A stretch of 64,000 bases of DNA from Gracilinanus agilis (lineage: Eukaryota). Every line of letters starts with the position of its first letter. Position 1 is the first letter of the stretch. The notes under the pieces are model-generated. The model was not told the origin of the DNA and did no database searches. It saw only the letters and a list, made by a program, of their open reading frames with translations. A program made the translations under genes and the position numbers. The stretch spans positions 257,983,264-258,047,263 of the forward strand of contig NC_058133.1 of the NCBI RefSeq assembly GCF_016433145.1. Direction: 5' to 3'. Below, piece by piece: positions 35,901 through 45,781 of the stretch.

Positions 35901-38900
35901 TTCCTTTGTGAAAACTTCTCTGATGTTTCGGATGAAAAGGAAGCCTCCTCCCTGAAATTTTCCTCAAGTACTTTGGAATGCTCATTTGTATCATGCTTAT
36001 TTGTGTAAAAATTCTTATTGAGGACCCTTTATTTGATCATAATTCCATTAAGAGCGGGGACTGTATTATTTTCATTTGTATATCTTTAGTATCTCACAGG
36101 GAGCTTTGCAAATAATAGGTACTTAATTTTAAAAAATAATTCAATTATTTGAATTTGAACAATACTGTGTATTGGTTCTAAGGCAGAAGAATGATAAGGG
36201 GTAGGCAATAGGGGTTAAGTAACTTGCACAGGGTCATACAGCTAGGAAGTGTCTGGGGCCTTATTTGAACCCAGGACCTCCCATTTCTAGGTCTTGGCTC
36301 TCAATCCACTGGGCCAGCTAGCTGCCCTCCTTTTTTTTTTTTTTTTTTAAATTCTTTAAAATCTTTCGTTGAATAACTGAGGTGTTAACAGAATGAAATA
36401 AGAAAGAATTTATAACTTGCACTGGCAAAGAATAGTGTGTCAATGCAGATAGAATGGTGGGTCTGAAATGAGGAAGATCTGAGTTCAAATGCCACCTTTT
36501 AAACTAGTTCAGTCTCATTTTTAACACTTGACTCTCAAAGAGACAAAAATACCTCTACTACCAACTCATGGAGTTATGGTAAATCTCATCTGAAATAATG
36601 TGTGTAAAGAGCTTTACAAACCTTATAAGATATTATATATTTATTATTATTGTTATTATGAGTATTATTAAGCAATGAGGTAATGAGATTGAAGAACGGC
36701 CAATGGTCTCTTTCCATGGATTGATCTAGAGTTCTGTACTATTTATTTTAGTTTTAGGACCTAGAAAACAGGTGACTTTTCTACAGGTAGGTACAATAGT
36801 TTAAATAAACATTTTGACATTTGTTTTAAGTTTCTTCAATGTGTGATTTTTAAATAAGAAAACCATTGAATCAAAAGTTCTTTTCTGGCAAAAAAAAAAT
36901 GACCTTATGTGAACTGTAGTAAAAACACAAGTATGGATTTTATTCTCTTTTTTCAATTGCTCAAGGAAGACACAACTGCTTCCTGCTGCCTTTTAAAAGT
37001 GAGGGCTGATATTCTAATTAGTTAAATGGGAATGGAATTATTTCACCAAACCATACAATAATTTGACATGGAGAGATCATTTTTGTGATACGTAGAGATC
37101 ACATTTGCTTTATATCTCTGAACGATTGGCTCTGTTCCTTTCAGAAAGAAAGGAAAGTGGAAGCAATTTTCCAAAGTGCTGGTGGAACCATTAAACCTGG
37201 GCATCTCAAATTTAGCTGAATGAGTGAATGAAAAAGCTTTTATTAATACATGCATTTTTTTATTGCACATGCTTACAATGGGCAAAAACAACGTGCCAAG
37301 CCCTTGATATAAATAGAAAAGTAAGTCGGTCTCTGCTGTCAAAGTGCTCACATTTTAATGAGAGAGTCAAGGAGGAAGAGAAAGGAACAAACATTTGCTA
37401 TGTGCCAGGCACTGTGCTAAGTGCTGTACAAATATTAAGTCATCCATACCATATAGGAGATTTCAGCTACAAGTCAGAAGTGTCTCCCCTTGTAACCTAA
37501 GTTGCTTCTGAATTGTTGTATCATCACAGACTTCCCCTATCCTTCCTATGAATTGGTCTCTGCTTTCGGGGGTGCTCACAGAGATGTCTGAATATGGCAA
37601 GGAAAGCATTCGGGGAAAACTCAATTCTTTCTCCTTCCCCAAACCTTTTTTAGTTAGTTCATGCACTAGTGACTGGAGGAACCACAATAGACATGGGAAG
37701 GACTATGCTGACCCACCCACAGAGCTACAAAAGTCTCCTTCCCAAGTCCTGAAGTCTTACACTTGAATCAACTCTTCTCATAGATTTGAGAATCTATATT
37801 CAACCTAAGTCTCCTATCAGACTAATTTCTCTCATCCCTTTCAATGCCTTAGATAGTACTTCTTGAATGGTATCTTATTAACAGAAAGAGGTGCCCGGAG
37901 GCCTTTCCCACTGGCTTGGTAATCCCCCAAACAGATCCAGCTTGTCCAGGGAAAATAATCTTTATTTCCCTTTCTCTTTCTCAGTTCTCTGGGTTTTCCC
38001 TTTTAATATCAACTTTTCTTTTATCTCTCAGACTTCTTTAGTCCTAATTCTGGCTCTGTTCATGCCTGAGAAATTAAGGTGGGCTTTTTGAAAAGTTTGG
38101 GGGGAATGGAGTTTTCTTAAACTAATTAAAATAATGTCTTTTCCTGAAATAGAATTCTACTGATTTCAAAGTACTTTCATATAGGTTATCTCATACTAGA
38201 CTCACAGCAACCTTGTGAGATAGGCAGGACGAGAATCATTTATCTTAATTTGAGCAGTGAGGAAAATTAGTCTGGAAAAAGTGAGGTGACTTGCCTCAAA
38301 TTCCAGGGCTAGTAAGTAAATTAGGACTATTGTACACAATGATTGTGACTTCTGGCTTAGTTATCTTTTTACTGCATCTGCCCCCCACATCAGCAAGAGT
38401 TCTTCCTGAGTCCCCTACTCACCTTTTCTGTGCACTATAGTTTTATTATATAATTTGTAGTTGTGTCTGCACACATTCACTATGGACTGTGCTCGTTCAA
38501 CTATTTCCTTTTGACTGTTCCATTTCTGGACCTGGGATTTCCACAGTTCCATTCTTGCCTCAAATAGACCCACATCACTGTCAAAGCGCACAAACTCCTC
38601 CCGGTCGTAGATGAGTCTTCCCACGAAGTGTACCCGCTGGGTTCCATTGGTCATATGACACTCGGACCTCACTTGATGTAGGTAATTCTCTGGGGAGGGA
38701 GATCAGGTTATTGTCATGGAGGATTCCTCCCATCAATCTAGGACAAGATTCCACGTCCCTCATCCTTGGGTGGGAGATGCTCTTCTCATTACCAAATCTC
38801 AGTTGGAAATATTCAAACATCACATCCTTCTCCTGCTCTCCCTTGCTTTTCAGTTCCCTTTCGTATATTGTCTTTCACATTGGAAAGTTAATTTTCCTGA

Positions 38901-39327
38901 GGTCATGGGCTCTCTCTCTCTCTCTCTCTCTNGATAGAGTGGTACCTTCAAGGGAAGCTTTTAAGCAGAACAGTATGGGATAAGGTCTATGCATTAGGAA
39001 AATTAACCTGCTAGTATTGTGAATGGAATGAAAAGGATGAAATTGGAAAAAGGGAATATTTCAGTGATCCAGGTGAATATGGCTCTTTTTCACATTGTTA
39101 TTAACCTACTTGGGGATATAATCCCAGTAGTGGGACCTTTAGGTAAAAGTGTTAGAACAATTTAGTAACTTTCCTTGCAAAATTACAAACTGTTTGTCAG
39201 AAGTGTTGAACTAATTCCCTGAAGCTATTAATTATCTCAATTATTTTTTGATTTCTGATTCTCTGGTCTTTTCTAAGTAACCATAATTTTGTTTGCAAAT
39301 AGAGAGAATTTTGCCTTCTCCTTGCTT

Positions 39328-39395
<68 letters not shown>

Positions 39396-41682
39396 AACTC
39401 TCACCTCACATTTTGGAGTCAATACTGTGTATTGGTTCCAAGGCAGAAGAGCGGTAAGGGTAGGCAATGGGGGTCAAATGACTTGCCCAGGGTCACACAG
39501 CTAGGAAGTGTCTGAGGCCAGATTTGAACCTAGGACCTCCCATCTCTAGACCTGGCTCTTAATCCACTGAGCCACCCAACTGCCCCCTGAGCTGTCTCTT
39601 TTTGGTTGTATTTGTATCAGAAGTGCTTAGCATAGTGCCTGTTACATTGAATGTGCTTCATAGATGCTTGTTTCCTTCTTTCCTTCCATAATACTTGTTC
39701 TGTCACATACTTTAGAGCTTAAAGACTGTCTTATACTCTTTATTTAAAAAAAAACCCCTTACCTTCCACCTTAGAATTAATACTAAGTATTAGTTCCAAA
39801 GCAGAAGAGCAGCAAGGGCTAAGCAATGTGGGTTAAGGGACTTGCCCAGGGTCACACGGCTAGGAAGTGCCTGAGGACATATTTGAACCCAGGACCTCCT
39901 GGCTCTAAACCTGACTCTCAATCCTCAGAGTTACCTAAATTCCCCCTCATATTATTTTCTTTTTTTTTTTTAAACCCTTGTACTTTTTGGTGTATTGTCT
40001 CATAGGTGGAAGAGTGGTAAAGGTGGGCAATGGGGGTCAAGTGACTTGCCCAGGGTCACACAGCTGGGAAGTGGCTGAGGCCGGGTTTGAACCTAGGACC
40101 TCCTGTCTCTAGGCCTGACTCTCACTCCACTGAGCTACCCAGCTGCCCCCCTCATATTATTTTCTAATTGCTTTGTGGATGTATTTGTTCTCAATGAGAT
40201 TATAACTACTCTCGGGGCAGGAACCATATCTCCTTTTTGTGTATCCCCCATATTGCCTAGAATAGTACTATGAATTTAGCCAAGAAAATCATATGCACAA
40301 TATAGATGGATAGAACAACCATAAAAGATAAAACCAAAAACAAATGTTGAAATATTACAATTAGTAAATAAAACCCTGAAAAAAAGATATGAAAAGACAT
40401 TGTTCCCTTTCCCTCAGGAGAGGTGGGAAGTTCATAAGTATAGCACATGAACACATTTTCAGATTATTTTGATGTTTTTATTTTTATATATGTATTTAAG
40501 TTATTTTGATTTTTTTTCTCTTCCTTTTGTCTTTAAAAACATTATCTTTTACATGAGATGTCTCTCTTGGAGGGCAAGGAGAAGTACTGGGGAAAATTAT
40601 GATGACAAAAAAGAAGACATCAGTAAAACTTATTTTTAAGAAAGAAAAAAGGTAGATTTGGGGAAAGTTTAGTTATGAGCAAAACAAACTTTAATTTTGG
40701 AGAGTAAATTGTGAAAAGGAATAAGAGAAAAAAAGAAAGGATAAGAGTTTGCGACCATGGACTAGATGATGAGAAGAAAAGAGGAGCAGAGAAATGGAAA
40801 CATAATATATCAAATATAAATTACTAACATTGAATATATTCCTTTCTCACAACTCTTTTCTTCCTAATTAAGAGATGATCAGGGAGGAGGAGGGGAAAAC
40901 ATAAAAGGACAGAAGGGAAGAAAATAAGCAATGAGCAATCATAATTGTGAATGTGAGAATGTGAATGAGATCAACTCATATATAATATGAAACACATTAG
41001 CAAAATGAATTAGAAAGCAGCATCCAAGAATATGCTGTTTGTGAAAAATATACCTCAAATAGAAAGATTTATACAGTTAAATGAAGGGGCTGAAGTAAAA
41101 TCTATTGTGTTTAGGTGAACACACCCATATACATGAACACACATACATATATAAACACACAAATATAAATCTATAGGTACACATATATGATCACAAATTT
41201 GGAGCTGGAAGGAATATTGTAGGTTATCCAGTCCTGCCTTTTTAAGGAAATTGAGGCCTGAAGAGGTTATATTACATCTGGAGAGATACATAAATAGTGA
41301 GTCACAGTCAGGACCCAGATCCTTGACTCCAAATAATAGTTTCTTTCTAGTGTATCAAGCTATTTCATCAAACAAGACAGGGATGGTTGTTTTCCCTTCC
41401 CTAGAATTTATCCAATAGCTGAAAATCACATTCATATGCCCAGCAGGAAAAAGGGGGGATTGGAGGATTGAGAAAGGATACATTGGCTTAGACTTCCAAG
41501 GTTCTTTTACTCCTGTGAAACCTTTCTTTTTCTGTCCTGAAAGAAAGCTAGAAACCCTTTAACTGAATCAACTTCCCCTCTCAAACTGTTCAAATCTGTG
41601 GGTTTTGAACTAAACAAAGAGACATCAGAAAGATGAACAGTGGCTGCTATTGGGTAATGTGGGCTTACCTAGAGGTGTGTGC

Positions 41683-41742
<60 letters not shown>

Positions 41743-42780
41743 GTGTGAAGGGGCAGGGGAAAAACTTGAGGAAAGAGAAAACTAGAGTGATTTATGAATG
41801 CCCATGAATGCAGACTTTGACCCCAAAAAGATTTCTAACCTCTTTGGTTTTAGTACATCTGACCTATTCATAATTATAGTATTTAATGGTGGCTTCCAAA
41901 TAAAGCATCGAGCTTAAATTTGATCACTTGATTTATGTGTCGTTCCTTTGTCTGCCTTAGTATAAAGTTTTCCAGCCACAACCATTTATACCCCATCCAG
42001 CACCAGCTGGTGGTCTGACCCTAGCCTAGCCAATTGTTCTAGTTCTAGTTATGAACAAACACAACCAGCATGACTTCAATGAATCCGTCTAAGTTGGGAA
42101 CTTTGGATGGCAACATGGATGGAAATATTTCCTTGGACCCTTCTTGTCTAGATAAGCATGAAAAAATAAGTTTTATTTTCTTCAGTAAACCCAATTGCTA
42201 GTTTAAAGTCTATAGGGAAGTGATGAACCTGAGTACCACATGCAATGAGAGACAAGGGACAAATGGGCTGATCGCAGGATTGCAGATTCTTGATGAATGG
42301 GAACCCAAGGTTAGTTAGTAATCCCTATAAACTTCCTCTACACTCCTCAGTGGTTTCTACAATGTTTCTTTCTCCTCATGGTTTAGATTAGGACTTGGCA
42401 TCTTGGCTACATTGCAGTTCTCAAGATTCATCCTTCTTTCTGGGGAAACTTTTCCTAGCCTAAGTTTTGTGTCCTATAGTTAATGACACCGGATCAACCA
42501 GATTTATCTCTTTCCTCTCTCCCTAAGAGTCTGTCAACTGTAACTCTCTCTTGAGGTCAAGAGATCTCTTTCCATTTAAAATAATCTGGGAAGTAAGAGA
42601 CATTTAGCCCAGCTTTCTCTTCTAGAGAGAGCTTCCTATGGATCTCAGTCTTAGCCTGCTTTCCCTTTTAGTAGATGCTCTTTACTTACCTGGAATGTCC
42701 CTGCCCCAGGCTGTGAGTGTATTCAGCATCATCAACAGGACTGTCATAGAGGGACCTCCCAGCAACTCCATACACACCAT
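32860..42780 (-). CDS. DCB: MHC class II beta chain gene, whole CDS span (probably marsupial DCB); about 282 aa with the distal tail exon
   Basis: Exons 42780-42690, 38689-38423, 35736-35455, 34010-33900 and 32957-32860 (tail exon tentative), all phase 1 GT-AG and in frame. The DC assignment is inference from its pairing with an alpha chain that is neither DRA/DAA-like nor DQA/DBA-like. Confidence 0.9.
33110..33410. repeat. GA-rich low-complexity repeat (gagaca-type units)
   Basis: Directly visible degenerate purine repeat in the last beta-gene intron. Confidence 0.85.
33900..34010 (-). CDS. Class II beta exon 4 (connecting peptide, TM, proximal tail)
   Basis: tttttccccag|GA...AAA G|gtaaga, canonical 111 nt. 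Encodes [37 protein letters not shown]. Confidence 0.97.
34436..35356 (+). mobile_element. 5'-truncated young LINE-1 (ORF2 C-terminus, 3'UTR, A-tail) in beta intron 3, antisense to the gene
   Basis: ORF2 peptide [16 protein letters not shown]...CWRGCG..GTL.HCWW, A-rich tail, and perfect 14-bp TSD atttagggaatagg at 34422-34435 and 35357-35370. Confidence 0.95.
35455..35736 (-). CDS. Class II beta exon 3 (beta2 Ig domain)
   Basis: ctctcatccag|TC...TGG A|gtaaga, canonical 282 nt. Encodes VQPRVKV...[22 protein letters not shown]...[24 protein letters not shown]...VDW. Confidence 0.97.
38423..38689 (-). CDS. Class II beta exon 2 (beta1 peptide-binding domain)
   Basis: ctccctccccag|AG...AAA G|gtgagt, 267 nt. 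Encodes [11 protein letters not shown]...NGTQRV...[12 protein letters not shown]...WNSQKE...CRHNY, with both Cys and the NGT glycosylation site. Confidence 0.97.
39961..40149 (-). mobile_element. Young opossum-type SINE (SINE1_MD-like) with A-tail
   Basis: Minus strand reads ggggcagctgggtagctcagtggagtgagagtcaggcctagagacaggagg...gggtttaaaaaa. Perfect 16-bp TSD cctcatattattttct at 39945-39960 and 40150-40165. Confidence 0.93.
41675..41747. repeat. Compound (GT)n-(GC)n-(GT)n alternating purine-pyrimidine microsatellite
   Basis: Directly visible in beta intron 1. Confidence 0.95.
42690..42780 (-). CDS. Class II beta exon 1 (leader)
   Basis: ATG at 42780 encoding [30 protein letters not shown], then G|gtaagt. 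Resembles DRB-type MVC...GG leaders and lies about 120 nt downstream of the Y box. Confidence 0.93.
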
Positions 42781-42902
42781 GCTAGGGACAAGGATGGAAT
42801 TGGTGATTAAAGGTTGCAGCAGGTTTCCAATGAGGCTTGATCTCCACATCTTAAAGAATGCAGTGCCTCTGAATCCTTCTGAATTGGGCAACTTCTACAG
42901 GA

Positions 42903-42945
42903 AACCAATTAGCATCAGACATACGTAGCAGCATCAGTTGCTAGG
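42903..42945 (-). promoter_or_regulatory. Class II X-Y promoter module of the beta gene
   Basis: X1 CCTAGCAACTGATG at 42945-42932 (one mismatch to the DRA X box CCTAGCAACAGATG), a 19-nt spacer, then Y box CTAATTGGTT at 42912-42903. No convincing S box. Confidence 0.9.
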
Positions 42946-45537
42946 CAGAACGTCAGTGTGCGGATTCTGAATCTACACTTTGTGTAACTGGGCCAATTTG
43001 GTTCTCTTTCACATGAGTGTCTGAGCATGCAGTGACATGACCCTGCATTCCTTCTCTTAGCTATGCACAGGTTACAAAGGACTAAAATGATGTCAAAACG
43101 TGTGTCCTCTAAGAATGCTTTGGAAATTGTACTCTCTTGGTGTCATTGTCCACTGGAGGGAATGAGTCCACTGTAACATGTGAACTGATATCACCAAATA
43201 AATATGGAGATCAGGATTTTCTGCTATGGAAAATAAGTGCAATTCTAAAAAGTAATATATCATATTGTGTCCCTTGTATCATGCCCCTGTGGGTTAGATG
43301 TGGAGGCAGTTGACTTCTGGCTCCACCTTGGTTCTGGTTTTCCCCTGGTCCCATTCCTCTGAACCTTCTCCCACCATTCAAGGTCCTTTTGCATTCCCAT
43401 GGAAACAGCTTAGTATAAAAGTTGTTAGGCCAATGAAGACAGAGTTTTTCAAGTGGGGCAATAGATTTGGTCGACCGTATAGGACAGTTGTATTCCAAGG
43501 ACTCCTAGGATGAGAGTCTTATGTCCTTGGGCTAGAGAAGCTGCTTTTCTTTCCCCCCTCACTTCATTTCTTAAGGTGAGAATTGACAAGCTTTAAATTA
43601 TACTAATTACAAGCCTCTATGGTCATAATAATTACCCTTAGTATCTCTCTGGATGCCACCAACACTCTACTGGTCCGGTCCTGGCCCTATTCTGGGCTAT
43701 GATTCTCTGGATAACTGCTCCCCCAACCCCAGTTACTTAGCCTCCCCATACAGGATTCTTACTTGGTACCCAATCCTGATAAAATTGTCTCTGACTTTAG
43801 CCCCTACAATGAGTGGATCCCCTCAGACGAGGGTGTTTGTTTTCAGGAAGGGGTAAGACAAGGTCCACCTCTTCCCAAGCCATTCACTAAACTCTGCTCA
43901 GGCATAGCTAGGCACTATAGTGGATAGAGCACTGGATCTGGAGTCAGGAAGATCCGAACCCAAATTTGACTTCAGATACTTATTAGCTGTGTGATCCTAG
44001 GCAATCACTTAATCTCTATTTGTCTTAGTTCTTCATTTATAAAATAAAGACTCAATGGAGAAGGAAATGGGAAACCACTCCAGTATTTTTGCCAAGAAGT
44101 CAAATGGACAAATAAGTTCATATAAAGTTGGATATGACTGAATAACAACAACGACAACACAACAGCAACAAATTGTTCACCTTTGCTTATACTACACAGC
44201 TCCTGTGTGTATAGCATAGCCATTTATGCACAATTAAAAAAATCCCACCATAAGTCCACTAGAAACAAAATTGAAAAGATTCTTTTCCTCGTGTCTCAGA
44301 GCTAAAGTTGTTGCAAGTCCCAAGGAACTAGAGTGTACTCAGCTCATCTTGTTTGGCTATATAAACATGCATGTATTTGTTGAGGATGGAGAATGGGATT
44401 GAGTGTCTGTCACTGACATTACACTGAGGTAGTGCTGGAGGAGATGAGGAGAGAGAAAAAGAGGTCTGGGTCATGCTGAAAAACTTCTAGGCTGTATTGA
44501 AAGTATTTAATGGAAAGGGGAGATGCAGAGGAGGGATATAATTTTCCCATATATTGCACAGAGCTGGTAATGATTCCATGCTCTTCCACATTGTGCTTCT
44601 AAGAAGTTGCTTTATTAGACTTTATCTTGTTCTTGTGAACATGAGTTCTTTCACTGAGTCTTAAGATTTTGAAACATCTTTATAAAGCAACAAAGATTTT
44701 AGGGATCATCTAGAGCAAACCCTTCATTTGGCAATACAGGGAACTTCATTCTCAATGTCATACCCCATGTTGTGTAGTTCACAGCAAAGCCAAGAATTAC
44801 AAATATGTCTCCTACCTCCAATTTTGATGCTCTCTTCTTTGCTTCTTATTGTAGAAGCAAATCATCTGAGTCCTTCAGAGTTAGATTTAATGATCAGATC
44901 TATTATGTTGTAGGTATCCTTCTGGGGTTCTCCCAGGCTTCACCAGAAGTGGCAATCGAACATGGTGCAAATACTCAGACAATAAACCAAATGGAGATTC
45001 CTCTTTATCAACTGAGTGTCCCAGTTTGACACAAGGAGATGAAATGTTATGTATTCTTATTAAAATCTGCATGTAGTATTAAAATGCATTTCTAATTCTA
45101 GTTAAAACATTATTTAAGTTCTAGAAATTTGCAATTTAAGAACAGATGATTAATGATACAATTTATGCTATTTCATAATGGACTCATGCATCTTTATATA
45201 TATATATAAAATAATAAGGATATTTATATACATATATACAAGGATTTTAAAATAAAAAATAACAGTTTTATGAGGATAAACTAAATTCCATCTGGTTATA
45301 TACATTAAAAATGTCTTCTGAAATCATATAGTAGATACTAGTGTTTGCTAGAAAAGATTATTTTGCATTGTAAAGCTTTTAAAGTTTTATAAGCTTTTGA
45401 AAGCTTCCAATTAGTTGCTTTTAAATGTAGAGTCTATTAAACTTTAGCCAAACTTAGATATTATTTCATTTCAGTTACATATAAATGTGAGTTTCCAATA
45501 CTTCAGTATTTTCTTCCCTCTTCTCTTAGACTCTTTA

Positions 45538-45582
45538 CCAGGCAACAGAGGCATCAACTCAAAGGCTGTCTCTTGATTGGAC
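45538..45582 (+). promoter_or_regulatory. Class II X-Y promoter module of the alpha gene
   Basis: X-like CCAGGCAACAGAGG at 45538-45551 with X2-like GGCATCA, a 21-nt spacer, then Y-like TTGATTGGAC at 45573-45582, about 120 nt before the ATG. Confidence 0.78.
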
Positions 45583-45699
45583 ACACTTACTTAGTGAAGA
45601 TTCCTTCCTTCTGGGCTGTTAACCTGAACCAGTCTGGAACTGTGCCCTGGTGTCTCAGGTGCCTTTAAAGATTCCAACTTTTTTGTCTCTGAAAGGAGA

Positions 45700-45781
45700 A
45701 TGACCTCCAGCCTCATCTCAATCTTGGGGATCCTCAGCCTGGCTGCCCTGCTGATCAAACAGAGAGCCTGGGCTATGAATG
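45700..45781 (+). CDS. Class II alpha exon 1 (leader)
   Basis: [27 protein letters not shown], then G|gtgagt. 82 coding nt. Confidence 0.94.
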
